From Octopus vulgaris (lineage: Eukaryota), in NCBI GenBank assembly GCA_951406725.2, contig OX597823.1, positions 73,594,001 through 73,658,000 on the forward strand: a stretch of DNA of 64,000 nt, written 5' to 3'. Made by a program: the position numbers and the translations under genes. Numbering within the stretch: the stretch's first letter is position 1; every line of letters starts with the position of its first letter. The notes beneath the pieces were generated by a model, which ran no database searches, was not told the origin of the DNA, and worked only from the letters and a program-made list of their open reading frames with translations. Positions 16,066 through 31,300 of this stretch are shown here, piece after piece.

Positions 16066-16848
16066 GATACATCTTGCAAATACACATATAAATTTGTGTG
16101 TGTGTGTAGTTACAAACCGACATAGCGGTATGTTTTACTAATTAATCGAAGCACGAAAGTGTAAGACTTAGCTGAAGGCCACGGAGTTATTCATGCATAT
16201 GCGAAAGCGTGTAATTACATATTTGAAAACCAATAAGAAGAAGAAGAAACAATATACGAAACACATATATCTATATTACTCGACTAATGACTGTCCTACG
16301 GTCGGAAAAAATAAATGTGAACAAAACTTTTCACGCTTTAATTGAATATTCAAATGAGATGAAGTCGTATTAACGGGACACATCAATCCAATGATTGAAA
16401 TAACATAATGAGATATTTTGTTTTAGATAAGGTATTCGAATTCAAAAAAAATATCTAAGTAAAGAATATTTTAAATGTATTTGGAATTGAATCATACGAA
16501 ACGATATTTTTGGCATCTATGTCCAGAAACGGAAATGATAATTGTTTAACTTGCTTCGTATCGCATAGATTATCGACTAGCAAAGTTGTTGAAGCACATG
16601 CAATTTCCCAAAACTTAATAAAACCCTGTGCAAAATATTTTACAGAATGCATGATACATATAAAATCTGCATCAAAGTTATTAAAAACCTGCCTTCATTT
16701 CTAATGACAGTTTTACACTGTATCTATGAAAAGCGGTTTTTTTTTGTGAAACTAGGAATGATCAAAATAAACTTGACATTCTTTTCTGGAAGGGGTGAGT
16801 TAATAGATTATCCTAGTTTAGCTGTATTGATAGTGTTTTTCTGTCATA

Positions 16849-17239
16849 CTAGCAGTATCACCCGGCACTGCTCGGGTTTGTTTCGACCCTTTAGAATTAG
16901 AATTTTTGAAAAGTAAAAATGTTGCATTATGTAGCTTGTTATTCTCTTTAAGTGAACATTTTTCTGGTTGATATACACCGAAAAATGGCGACACAGCAGT
17001 CAAAAAATCGTAAAAAAATAGGGATTTTCTTAGAAAAAAGCACCTTTTTGACGTAAATAATTTTTATGTTAACAAGGTCCGATTTGAATTTTTTCTTCTA
17101 TGGGAGGAAGAGCAAGCCTTCTTCTATCATACTCTCAATTTTGGTCAACTTGCACTGCAGGGTCTCGGAGGAGATAGTGTTAGTTGAAAGCTACCAAACC
17201 TGCCATATACAGACAACTTCAGCTTTATATAGAGAGAGA
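16849..17239 (-). mobile_element. Non-autonomous Helitron
   Basis: Minus strand starts TC, ends with hairpin cccgagcagtgccggg + CTAG, inserted at A|T. Confidence 0.75.
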
Positions 17240-17319
17240 TTTCTGAATCTTGAATTGAAGAAGACATTAATCAGTTAGTCTTGGAAGGACATGGAATAAG
17301 AGAAGCAATATTTAATTTA

Positions 17320-17590
17320 ATGGCTCAGTGGTTAGAGCGTCGAGCTTACGATCGTGAGGTTGTGAGTTCGAATTCCGGACCGGGCTGCGTGTTGTTTTCT
17401 TGAGCAAGACACTTTATTTCACGTTGCTCCAGTTCACTCAGCTGTAGAAATGAGTTGCGATGTCACAAGTGCCAAGCTGTATCGGTCTTTGCCTTTCCCT
17501 TGGGTAACACTGGTGGCGTGGACTTGTGCCTGGGAGGGTAACTTTCTAGGTGCAATCCCACGGTCAGTCATGACCAAAGTGGGGTCTCAG
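17320..17590 (+). mobile_element. SINE family D, internally deleted
   Basis: Colinear with 18362-18695. Confidence 0.8.
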
Positions 17591-18361
17591 CATTTAACTT
17601 AAATTAATGGTTCCCAACCATTTTTCTTCTTTTGCTATGGACCTCTTTCATTTCTTCTTTACTCTACTGAACATCCATAGCCATTCGCTGTTTATAAAAA
17701 AAAGCCTTACTACACTTTTTTATAATAAAATACTATTAGGAATTGTATTTAACAAAATTCAAATATTTTGTATTGTAGAAGTATTAACCAGTTTATTGTA
17801 CGAAAATTTTAACATGAAAATCTTAAATGGATCCCCAATGGCCATATGGATCCCGATAGAGAATCACTGGTTTAAATGATGCTTTCATAGAAAACAAAAT
17901 GAAATTTCAGTAGAATCTTTGTCAAGTGTCTGCACTGATGGAGCTGCAGCTAAAGAAATTTTCTGGTTGTATTGCAAGAATGAAAATTCTGAATGTTGAA
18001 AATATTCACTTACAGTCTTCATCCTCAAAAATCTAGCCTGAAGATCTGCAATGAGAAGCAAACGATGCTGTGTAATTGATTAATTTTATTAAAGCAAGAC
18101 CATTAAATGCAAGAATCTCCGGTTCATTATGTGAAAATATGAATAGTCAGCAAATTTATTACGACATATTGAATTCTGCTGGTTATTGTGCGGGTTTTTG
18201 AATTGCGTGAAAAAATTTGGTTATTTAAGCTTTAAAAATCTTAATGTGATTTCCAACTGGATTAAATACAGCAAAATTTCAAAAGCAGTATTCACTGGAG
18301 TCAATAGCAAAAGTTGGTTTTTATCATTTTTAAGAAGATAAATATGGAGACGCATGTGTAG

Positions 18362-18695
18362 ACGCATGGCTCAGTGGTTAGAGCGTCGAGCTTACAATCA
18401 TGAGGTTGTGAGCTCGAATCTCGGACCAGGCTGTGTGTTGTGTTCTTGAGCAAGATACTTTATTTCACGTTGCTCCAGTTCACTCAGCTGTAGAAATGAG
18501 TTGCGACGTCACAGGTGCCAAGTTGTATCGGCCCCTTTGTCTTTCCCTTGGATAACATTGGTGGCGTGGAGTGGGGAGGTCGGTTTGCATGGGCGACTGC
18601 TGGTCTTCCATAAACAACCTTGCCCGGACAGGTGCCTGGGGGGATAACTTTCTAGTTGCAATCCCATGGTCTGTGTCGTGACCGAAGGGGGTCTC
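18362..18695 (+). mobile_element. tRNA-derived SINE family D (Meta/CORE-like central domain)
   Basis: tggctcagtggttagagcgtcg head; gtgttcttgagcaagatactttatttcacgttgctccagttcactcagctg core. Confidence 0.8.
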
Positions 18696-19059
18696 AGAAA
18701 TATGGAAGATGACTTACGGTTGCAAGTAACATCCAAAATACCAAATCTTAAGATTTTACTGTGACCAGATGTAGACTTATCCAAATCACTAACGTTTCAT
18801 GTCTTATTTATGAAGCCGGAGCTTTCAAATCACTTGGATAACAAATATAACTAAACTAGCATATAGCAGTGAGACATTCACGCGTGATAAATATTCAGTT
18901 TTCTAGCTAATTACTGTATATTAAAATAATTGATTCCATGTTCTTTCATAGCAATGATTAAATAATAGAATATACATCATTTCATCATCTTTCTATTGTT
19001 TTCTCTGCGAATCCTTTCTTCTATATTTCCATCTCCATACTTTTATCTACTTATCTCTT

Positions 19060-19475
19060 TTACTCTTTAACTTGTTTCAGTCATTTGACTGTGGCCATGC
19101 TGGAGCACCGCCTTTAGTTGACCAAAGCGACCCCAGGACTTATTCTTTGTAAGCCTAGTACTTATTCTAACGGGTCTCTTTTGCCGAACCGCTAAGTTAC
19201 GGGGACGTAAACACACCAGCATCGGTTGTCAAGCGATGTTGGGAGGACAAACACAGACACACAAACATACACACACGCACACATACATATATATATATAT
19301 ATACACATATTACGACGGGCTTCTTTCAGTTTCCCTGTACCAAATCCACTCACAAGGCTTTGGTCGGCCCCAGGCTATATTAGAAGACATTTGCCCAAGG
19401 TGCCACGCAGTGGGACTGAACCCGGAACCATGTGGTTCGTAAGCAAGCTACTTACCACACAGCCACTCCTACGCC
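19060..19475 (-). mobile_element. SINE family A, full length
   Basis: Reverse complement of 33702-34194 throughout. Confidence 0.85.
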
Positions 19476-20096
19476 ATTTTTTAATTTTTTTTTTTTTTGC
19501 TTTATTACTGCTTTCTCTGTTTACCGGTTTCATTTTATATCCTTTTCTTTTTTCCCTGTTCATGTACCTTTCTTTCAGTTCCCACCTCCTTCCCGCTATT
19601 TCTTTCTTCGATTTGTCGTCCCTATACGATTTTATTTCTGTACAGTCCTTCCCCATCTCTCTTTCTCTTTCCCAACTCACGTGTTCTTTCCGGCTATCCC
19701 CTCCAAAAATGCACCACGTGACCTTCCTGTTTTTCAAGCTACGCATCCTTTTTGCATTGACCTTTCTCACCTCCTGATTTATCTACTTACCACACAGCCA
19801 CTCCTACGCCTATGGTAGCTTTCGGGTTCAATCCTACTGCGTGGCACCTTGGGCAAGTGTCTTCTACTATAGCCTCGGGCCGTCCGAAATCCACTCCTAC
19901 GCCTATATTCAGTTTTCATGTTTTTTTTCTTTTTTGGACATATCGGAAGGTGTCGAAACCGTGATGATGTTTGGACGATAACTGATGAGGATTGAGAATG
20001 TCCGTGTCCATCGTGCGTATTCTTTTCGTGCTTTTGCGTATGTTCCTTTGTCATCTTCCTATGCTATACTCACACACAGACGCACAAATACACTTG

Positions 20097-20212
<116 letters not shown>

Positions 20213-20608
20213 GCGCGTGTGCACTCAAACGCACACACATACCCAAACAAACACATAAACACACACAATTTGTAAATGGACAATCAAATTTATAAATTTC
20301 TACTCAATGTTCAGCTAACTAAATGTTCCATCAGTGTCTTACCTTAGTAGTAAGAATCAAAATATCAAAGCAGCTAATTACAGACTATGTCGGTAAAAGA
20401 TAGGGGGTAAACAGAAAGAGACAGTAGGAAAGAGAGAGAGAGAAAAAAGACATTCTGCCTGTTTATTTGATGTTTGTTTGCAGCATGGCTATAACATTGT
20501 TCAAATATCATCTAAATTACAAATTTTTTCTTTCAATCTAGAAGCTTTTTTTTTTCAGTATAAAACGTTTGAAAAATCTTCGATACAGCATAGGTATTAA
20601 CTCGCTAA

Positions 20609-20830
20609 GGCTGCGAGCTGGCAGAAACGACAGCGCACGCCAGGCGAAATGCTGAGCGGTATTTCGTCTGCCGTTACGTTCTGAGTTCAAATTCCGCCGA
20701 GGTCGACTTTGTCTTTCATCCTTTCGGGGTCGGTTAAATAAGTACCAGTTACGCACAATCGACTTAATCCGTTTGTCTGTCCTTGTTTGTCCTCTCTGTG
20801 TTTAACCCCTTGTGGGTAGTAAAGAAATAG
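20609..20830 (+). mobile_element. SINE family B, tail type 1, with TSD
   Basis: Colinear with 22872-23100; taggtattaactcgct duplicated at 20591-20606 and 20828-20843. Confidence 0.85.
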
Positions 20831-21601
20831 GTATTAACTCGCTCTATTGTACGAATTTATTTCCTTTGCATCTAAAATATTTGCTTAGTTTTTGCTTTCC
20901 TTATTTCGTTGCTTTCTTTATTAGGCGTTACCTTGTTCGCTAAGGAGACTTTGTAATAACAAAACATATCCTGAGTTGTCTCCCATATTTACAGAAAAAA
21001 AAATATCGAAACAAAATTCATCAGTGACTAATACTGTATCACCTCGACAAGCAGAATCGGAACAGACACTGCAAAGCATTGTGTCAGATACTCTAAAAAC
21101 TATTCCAGTCCATTGTACGCGAATGGTACTTAATTTATCGACCCCAGAAAGATGAATGAAAAACTTGACATTGACGTCATCAGGACTGAGAACACAAGAA
21201 GTTGAATCAAATACAAATACAAATACCGAAAAGAATTCTGACGAAACCTGAAACGACTGTATGTCAAAATGCATGTATGAATGTATGCATGTATATATGT
21301 ATTTATACATGTTTGCATGTAGCAATGTATACATGTTTCGATATACGTATGTATGTATGTATGTATGTATGTATGTACGTACGTATGTATGCACCATGTA
21401 TGTATGCATGCAACCATCTATGTATGCATGTACGTATATATGTATCTATGTATATACGTATGTACGTATGTGTGCATGCATGTATGTATGTAAGTATGCA
21501 TGCATGTATGTATGTAAGTATGCATGCATGTATGTATGTATATACGCATGTACGTATGTATGTACGTATGTATGTACGTATGTATGTATGCTTGCATGTA
21601 T

Positions 21602-21668
<67 letters not shown>

Positions 21669-21674
21669 TACTAA

Positions 21675-22160
21675 TGGTAAGACAACAAAAGAATGAAAGA
21701 GACCTCGACATTCGATATTATACCAGCTGTTCATGCAGGGATAAAAATTTGTGCCCGCTAAATGGAGCTTGCATGTCCGAGACCATCATTTATGAAGCCA
21801 CCGTAGACTCTTCAACCACTAAGAACACTAAGAAATATGTGGGCCTTACAGAGGGGAATTTCAAAGCCAGGTTCAACAATCACACCTTGAGCTTCAGGTA
21901 CTGGAATAAAAGGTAAACGACCAAATTATCCAGTCATATATGGTCCTTAAAGATAAAGGTGTCAGTTACAACATCCCTTGAAAGATCTTAGCCAAGTGTA
22001 AGCCTTACATCAACGACAGTGGAAAGTGCGGTCTATGCGATATGGAAAGATGGCTCATCTGGAAAAGCAGCTTAGACCCCGCTACATGTCTAAATTCAAG
22101 AACAGAGCTTTTTGGATCACGTCCATATGTGGCTAAATATTTGTTACGCTTTTGGTTCCC
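21675..22160 (+). mobile_element. Penelope-like element (Naiad-type) GIY-YIG endonuclease fragment, disrupted
   Basis: CSCRDKNLCPLNGAC (CxCx5C) IIYEATV..KYVGLTEGNFKARFNNH, then after a stop and frameshift KCKPY..KCGLCDMERWLI..LNSRTELF. Confidence 0.8.
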
Positions 22161-22429
22161 GCAAGATCACAAACAGAACAACTTACCTTTTATATTGTGT
22201 CCACGTACAAGCTTTTTATCTCTCTATACTTTTAATATATATATTTTTTATATTTTTTACATATTTTTTTACATATTTTTTACATATTTTTTACATATTT
22301 ATAGAGATATATTTTTATATTTTTATTGCTTTATATTTTTTTACATATTTTTTTCTATATTTTACCTTTCACCCTACATTTTTGTTTTACATGTTCGTAT
22401 ATAGACGTGTATATTAATTTTTTTGTGCG

Positions 22430-23215
22430 CGTGTGTATCCGTGTTTTTTCGGGTATGTATATATGTACATGTATATGTACATGTGTATGGTTGTATATAC
22501 ACGTGGGTGTACATGGGAGTGTTCCACGCGAGTGTGAGTGAGCATATGCATATATAGCATGCACGTATTTTAGGCGTGCATTTGAATACAACTGTGCGCA
22601 TGTGGGTATGTGCACGTGTGTGCAGGTATACATATACATCATGCGTGTGTGTTCCAGTGTGCGGGTATGTATATATGTACATGCGTATGTACATGTGTAT
22701 GGTTGCATATATATGTGGGTGTACATGCATGTGTTCCACGCGAGTGTGAGTGAGCATATAGCATCTGCGTATTTTTCGACGTTTTAGACGTGCATTTGAA
22801 CATAATTGTGCGTATATGGGTTTGTGCACGTGTATGTGTGTGTGTGTGTGGATATATATACGTGTACATAAGGGCGGCGAGCTGGCAGAAACGTTAGCGC
22901 GCCGGGCGAAATGCTTAGCGGTATTTCGTCTGTCGTTACGTTTTGAGTTCAAATTCCGCCGAGGTCGACTTTGCCTTTCATCCTTTCGGGGGTCGATAAA
23001 TAAAGTACCAGTTTCGCACTGGGGTCGATGTAATCGACTTAATCCCTTTGTCTGTCCTTGTTTGTCCCCTCTATGTTTAGCCCTTTGTGGGCAATAAAGA
23101 TATATATATATACGTGTACATGAATGGTTGCATTTATATGTGCATCTATTGGCGTATGTGTGGGTGCGCATGTGTGTTTCATGCGAGTGTGGGTGAGCAT
23201 ATGCAATATAGGCCC
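22430..23215. repeat. ~212-bp tandem repeat of degenerate RY sequence, third unit interrupted by SINE B
   Basis: gggtatgtatatatgtacat..gtgttccacgcgagtgtgagtgagcatat at 22451 and 22663; remnant at 23105-23205. Confidence 0.75.
22872..23100 (+). mobile_element. tRNA-derived SINE family B (Nin/Deu-like central domain), tail type 1, full length
   Basis: ggcggcgagctggcagaa head, B-box gagttcaaattcc, central gcctttcatcctttcggggtcgataaa..aagtacc, tail ccctctatgtttagccc..aataaaga, TSD atatatatacgtgtacat. Confidence 0.85.
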
Positions 23216-23314
23216 ATGAGTGTAGTGTATGTATGAAGTTACCGAAAGTGGTTAACTCAGAATGAACGAATAAATGAGGGTTTGTATGTTTTAGCCTTTT
23301 ATCCCTTATGGTTT

Positions 23315-23768
23315 ACTTGTTTCAATCATTAGACTGCGGCCATGCTGTGGCACCGCCTTGGAGAATTTTTAGTCGAATGAATCGACCCTAGTACTTTTTT
23401 TTTTCGAAGCCTGGTACCTATTCTATCGATCGTTTTTGCCAAACTGCTAAGTTGTGAGGTCGTTAACACACCAACGCCGGTTGTCTAGCAGAGGGGACAA
23501 ACACAGACACAAATACGCGCACGCGCACGCACGCACGCACGCACAGAGAGAGAAGGGGAGAGGGAGAGAGAGAGAGAAAGGGAGAGACAAACAGACAGAC
23601 AGATAGACAGAGTGGGGAATGGTCTTTCAGTTTCCGTCTACCAAATCCACTCCGCTCACAAGGCTTTGGTCGGGTCGAAGCTATATTTGAAAAGACATGC
23701 CGAAGGTGTCACGCAGTGGGACTGAACCCGGAACTATGCGGTTGGAAAACAAGTTCCTTAACACACAG
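23315..23768 (-). mobile_element. SINE family A, diverged
   Basis: Same blocks; internal repeat here is (GCAC)n/(GA)n. Confidence 0.75.
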
Positions 23769-23978
23769 TTTGATCGTTTGGTCTGCTGGAAATCTCACTC
23801 ATTTCCTGACAAGAAAGGAATTCTCCCTTTACCTTCTTTTGAGAGAAATTTGATCATTAGATAATATGGTGATATTCTTGTCTCAAGAACAAGGGACGAG
23901 GAGTTTGCTGATAAGCGAATTACAACAGATTCAGTAAACGTCCAAATGCTTCAAATTTATGAAGTATTACTATATTTA

Positions 23979-24018
<40 letters not shown>

Positions 24019-24236
24019 GAGTGAGAGCAGTGCATGCCATCAAAGTAACACTGGGGTAAAATATACGAAGCCCAATATGCTTAACATAGTCCGATTTGAA
24101 TTTTTTTTCTTCTACGGAAGGAAGAGCAAACCTTCTTCTATCATACTCTCAATATTGGTCAATTTGCGCCACAGGGTCTCGGAGGAGATAGTGTTAGTTG
24201 AAGGCTACCAAACCTGCCATACACAGACAACTTCAG

Positions 24237-24276
<40 letters not shown>

Positions 24277-24986
24277 AGAGAGAGAGGGAGGGAGAGGAAG
24301 AGAGAGAGATCAAAAATAAAACGGGAAGAAAAAGTCAGATGTACACGATGCATATATTAGACTGAAAGTATTAGTGAGAGAGAGAGAGGGGGGCGAGAGG
24401 AAAGAGAGAGAGAGAAAGTAGTGTAAAAGAGACGGGGTGGACAGACATACACAGAATCTGTGAGAGACAGAGAGACAGTCAGTCAGACAGACAGACAGAC
24501 AGCGTAAGAGAAAGTGGAAGAATGAGAGGACCTGACAGAAAAGTGATTGATAGCTGTATTGAATGCTATGTTAACAAATAGAGCTTTTGTGTTCAATGAA
24601 ATCAACTGTACTAACGATACCGTTAACTGATGATGTTGCGCGTGTGTGTGTGTGTGTATGTGAGTATGTGTGTACGTATGTGTATGTGTATGTATGCGTC
24701 TGTGTCTATGTGTATGTGTGAATTATTTTGTGTGTGGGGGGGGGGTTATTTTGTATGTGTGTGATCGGGGTAATTGAGGTATATACTCGTAACGTTTGCA
24801 TGAAATAGCGTAATGATAGCGCTGGAAAAGAGAGTGACGTTTCTGGTGTAAGGGAGATAATCTACATCTAAGGGAGGTAATAACTATACTTCATGGTCTG
24901 AAATTTCTGCAGAGATAATTTACTAAGATTACTATTTCAATTTACAATTTCAATGCCAGTATATATATATATAAATAAATACATAT

Positions 24987-25037
<51 letters not shown>

Positions 25038-25193
25038 ATGTTATATGTATGTAACATATATATATTAAATACATATAACATTGTGTATGTAATATAATTT
25101 TTCTAAATTTTCAGATTTTTCAATAAGCTAGACCACTGGTTTTAAATTGATATGAAATCAATATTCAAGTTTTCACTCTTATTATTTCAAATT

Positions 25194-25232
<39 letters not shown>

Positions 25233-25469
25233 TTAACAATTAAGGATAACTTTTTAATAAGGATATATATATAAGGATATATATATATATATATATATAT
25301 CTTCCATTACAAATCTACAAAGTGTATAGCATTTAAGTGTGTTTATGAAATGCAATGGTTATAAGTGTAAGTAAAAATTATTTAATCGTGTGTTGGAAAT
25401 GTTTGCTGAAGAGAAATTGTCTGTGTATTTCTGTACCAATATATATAGGAGTAGATGTGGCGTGCGTGC

Positions 25470-26386
25470 ACGTCAGTGTGTGTGTGTGTGTGTGTGTGTA
25501 TACGTGCGTGTGTGTGTGTGTGTGTGTATACGTGCGTGTGTGTGTGTGAGTTGTATGTTTGTGTGTGTGTGTATACGTGCGTGTGTGTGTGTGAGTTGTA
25601 TGTTTGTGTGTGAGTTGTGTGTGTGTGTCCGCGTGCGTGTGTATGTAAGTGTGTGTATGTGCGTGTGAGTGTGTGTGTGTGTACGTGTGCGTATGTGATT
25701 GTGTGTGTATCTGCAGGCGCGCGCGTCTGTGTGCATGTGTCTGCCTCTGCGTGTGTGTATGTGTGTGTGTATACGTGTGTGCGTGTGTATACGTGTGTGC
25801 ATGTATGTGTTTACGTGCATGTGTGTGTGTGTGTGTGTATTTACACGCGTATATATGTGTCCACGCGCGAGCGCGCGCGTGTGAATGAGTCTGTGTGTGT
25901 GTGTGTGAGTATGTGCGTGTGAGTGTGTGAGTACGTGTGTGTGTATGTACATGTGCATGTGTATATGTGTATACGTGCGAGTGTGTACTTGCGTATGCCT
26001 TTGTGTGTGCGCGTGTGCAGGTGTGTGTGTGTGTGTGTGTACCTGTAAGCGCGCGTCTGTGTGCATGTGTCTGCCTCTGTGTGTGTATGTGTGTGTGTGT
26101 ATACGTATGTGCATGTATGTGTTTACATGCGTGTGTGCATGTGTGTGTGTATTTACACATGTATATATGTGTCCACGCGCGTGCGCGCGCATGTGAATGA
26201 GTCTGTGTGTGTGTGTGAGTATGTGCGTGTGAGTGTGTGAGTACGTGTGTGTGTATGTACATGTGCATGTGTATGTGTGTATACGTGCGAGTGTGTACTT
26301 GCGTACGCGTTTGTGTGTGCGCGTGTGCAGGTGTATGTGTGTGTGTGTGTGTACCTGTAAACGCGCGTCTGTGTGCATGTGTCTGC

Positions 26387-26425
<39 letters not shown>
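25470..26425. repeat. Higher-order tandem repeat (~310-330-bp units) built from degenerate (GT)n
   Basis: cgcgcgtctgtgtgcatgtgtctgcctctg recurs at ~25720, 26050 and 26362. Confidence 0.85.
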
Positions 26426-26883
26426 TGTGCTTCTTTGTCACTGTATGTGCATTTCTGTTTACGTTTATATATGTACTTATATGGGCATGCTTCCAAGTCT
26501 CGTTTATCTGATGCGTAAACGGTACATACGCATCCGACAATAACGACAAGAGCAAAACGAACGTCGAGAGTGAGCACAGCTGTATAAACATATGTGTGTG
26601 TGTGAGTGAGAGAGAGAGAGGGACAGGGGGTGAGAGTGTGTGTGTGTGTGTGCGCGCATGTGTGTGCGAGTCTGTGCAGGTGAAATTCCATTATCATTTT
26701 AACAATGTAGTCAAAGTGTTAAAAAACAAAATTTATTCTGACGAAAAATTTCTTTTAGATTCACCACAAAAAAAAAAAAAATGGTAACGACATTTTGTTC
26801 TTTACGCATGCGCCTAAAAATATGCAACTTTCAACGTCGATTCAACGTCGATTCAACGAATGTAGAAATCAATTTATCAAACA

Positions 26884-27278
26884 CTAGCAGTATCGCCCGG
26901 CGTTGCTCGGGTTTGTTTCGACCCTTTAGAATTGGAATTTTTGAAAAGTAAAAATTTTACATTAAGTAGCTTGTTATTCTCTTTAAGTGAACATTTTTCT
27001 GGTTGAAATACACCGAAAAATGGCGACATAGCAGTAAAAAAATCGTAAAAACTAGGGGTTTTTATAGAAAAAAAGCACCTTTTTGATGTAAATAATTTTT
27101 GGTGTTAACACGGTCCGATTTGAATTTTTTCTTCTACGGAAGAAAGAGCAAGCCTTCTTCTATCATACTCTTAATTTTGGTCAACATGCGCCACAGGGTC
27201 TCGGAGGACATTGTGTTAGATTGAAGGCTACCAAAACTGCCATACACAGACAACTTCAGCTTTATAGATAGAGAGAGA
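26884..27278 (-). mobile_element. Non-autonomous Helitron, same family (partial copies at 24080-24245 - and 54111-54381 +)
   Basis: Colinear with 16849-17239; hairpin cccgagcaacgccggg + CTAG. Confidence 0.8.
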
Positions 27279-27724
27279 TTAGTTTGAAATAAAGCATTCC
27301 CTCCATGACAAATCAGTCTATGGAATCGAAAGTTTTGTTGGGGTAGGTTGTTGTTGTTGTTGTTGCTTTTCTGACTGTGACCTGTAGTAAGAAGGAAAGC
27401 GCTCTAACCGAGACTAACCCGTCTTTTTGTGGTATCCGTGCTTTCTTTTCTTTTCGAATATATATCCTACCATGACCGTCTCTTCATTATTAGATTCAGA
27501 GTATTTTTTACCACTATCTTGTTAAAAACCAAAGAGTTCTGACTGTTATCAAACTGTCTTTTTCAAATTCAAATTTCAACTCGGAGGCAATAAGAAACAA
27601 AAAGAAGCTTGCTTCCCAACCACGTGGTTTCGGGTTCGGTCCCATATTGGGCCACTACTACCTAAGCCTCAGGACGACCAAGGCCTTGTGAGTGGATATG
27701 GTAGACGGAAACTGAAGGAAATCC

Positions 27725-27725
<1 letters not shown>

Positions 27726-27803
<78 letters not shown>

Positions 27804-27824
27804 GGATGGATGGATGGATAGATG

Positions 27825-27905
<81 letters not shown>

Positions 27906-27919
27906 GACAGACAGACAGA

Positions 27920-27920
<1 letters not shown>
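27726..27920. repeat. (GATA)n/(GACA)n microsatellite; further blocks at 28577-28679 and 29636-29725
   Basis: Directly visible; three blocks separated by two LINE fragments. Confidence 0.95.
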
Positions 27921-29635
<1,715 letters not shown>

Positions 29636-29656
29636 AGATAGATAGACTTATATAAA

Positions 29657-29725
<69 letters not shown>

Positions 29726-29728
29726 GGC

Positions 29729-29769
<41 letters not shown>

Positions 29770-30504
29770 TGACACCCACCACCGCTTGACAACCGGCGTT
29801 GGTGTGTTTATGGCCCCATAACTGGGCGGTTCGACAAAAGAGAGCGACAGAACAAGTACCAGACTTTAAAGAATAAGTACTGGGATCGATTCATTCGACT
29901 TAAAATTTTTCCGGGCGGTGCCCCAGCATGGCTGCAGTCTAATGAATGAAACAAACAAAACAAGTAGAAATAAAACCTTAAAAATAATGAGTTATAATTT
30001 GGGCAGATGATCAGAAATTTGTGGAGGGGAAACACAATTCGTTATCATCGACCCTGGTATTTGACATGTACTTTATTTCATCGACCACGAAATGATGTAA
30101 AGCAAAGTTAACCTCCGTGGATTTCGAACTCTGGGCGTAAAAGTGTCGGAAAAAATACTACTTGGCATTTTGTTCGACACTCTAACGATTCTGCCAGCTC
30201 TGAGAATTACCTCCAGGTTAGTCTCTTTGGCGATGTGCAGTTCATCCACCGTGGAGGCCCGTGGATTAGAGATTAGAGTGTTGCACTGGCGATCGTAAGA
30301 TAGTGGTTTCGATTCCTAGACTGAATAATGGATTGTGTTCTTGAGCAAAACACTTCATTTCCTGTTGCTCCGGTCCGCTCAGCTGGCTAAAATGAGACAT
30401 CCTGTGACGGAGCGGTGCCCCGTCCTCGTTGAGGTGGAGGATATATATGTCACAAAATCCGTCAAAAGGCTTTATGAGCCTAAGGTTCGTATGGGACCCA
30501 TACC

Positions 30505-30735
30505 TATTTCTTTATTACCCACAAGGGGCTAAACACAGAGGGGACAAACAAGGACAGACATAGGTATTAAGTCGATTACATCGACCCCAGTGCGTAACTG
30601 GTACTTAATTTATCGACCCCGAAAGGATGAAAAGCAAAGTCGACCTCGGCGGAATTTGAACTCAGAACGTAACGGCAGACGAAATACCGCTAAGCATTTC
30701 GCCCAGCGTGCTAACGTTTCTGCCAGCTCGTCGCT
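30505..30735 (-). mobile_element. SINE family B, tail type 1, full length
   Basis: Reverse complement of 22872-23100. Confidence 0.85.
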
Positions 30736-31140
30736 AAGGGGTAGCACTGGGCGACATTGCACCTTAACTATTCAGTGGAGCATTCTCTGATTTACGGTGA
30801 TACTCTTATTTCGAAACTCCACCTTAGCATTATTATAAATTTGTGCCCAACCAGAATATTCTGAAGCACCTCTAAGCACCAAAGTCTGGCGACTGACCTA
30901 GAAGGACCTTTCGTCCCTTCTTTTTGTGTGTATGTGTGGGATAGGGTCATCACAATCAGACATCCTAAAATCTGGTAGTTCTTTATCAATGATTCTAATG
31001 ACTTTTCCCCCCTCTAATCCAGAACAGGTACGAAGCATCTTTTAGTGTAAGTCCATTACTTACTTCGAATACTATTGTTAGATACGTTATTGCACATGAT
31101 AACATGAGTACGTCACCGCGTGTAAGAACGAATGTAACAT

Positions 31141-31300
31141 GGGCTTCTTTCAGTTTCCGTCTACCACATCCACTTACAAGGCTTTGGTCGGCCCGAGGAT
31201 ATAGTCGAAAACACTTGCCAAAAGTGCCCCCACAGTGGGACTGAACCCAGAACCATGTGGTTGGGTAGCAAGCTTCTTTGCACACAGCCGCGCCTGCACC
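31141..31300 (-). mobile_element. SINE family A, 5' part
   Basis: gggcttctttcagtttccgtctacc..gggactgaacccagaaccatgtgg. Confidence 0.75.

Larger units (their letters stand above)
16260..18230 (+). mobile_element. Decayed hAT (Buster/Charlie, ZBED5-like) transposase, interrupted by Helitron, SINE and MITE insertions
   Basis: Fragments HAISQNLIKPCAK (16595-16635), VCTDGAAA (17927-17950), NFIKARPLNARI (18082-18117), LCENMNSQ and FELRE. Confidence 0.7.

Noticed and set aside
16260-18230. Domesticated ZBED5/SCAND3-like gene
   Set aside because: Multiple frameshifts, stops and nested insertions indicate a dead transposase.
21979-21981. In-frame TGA in the Naiad-type fragment as selenocysteine (some Naiads encode selenoproteins)
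   Set aside because: The context IP*KIL corresponds to an expected Trp (TGG>TGA), not a Cys, and the fragment has other disruptions.
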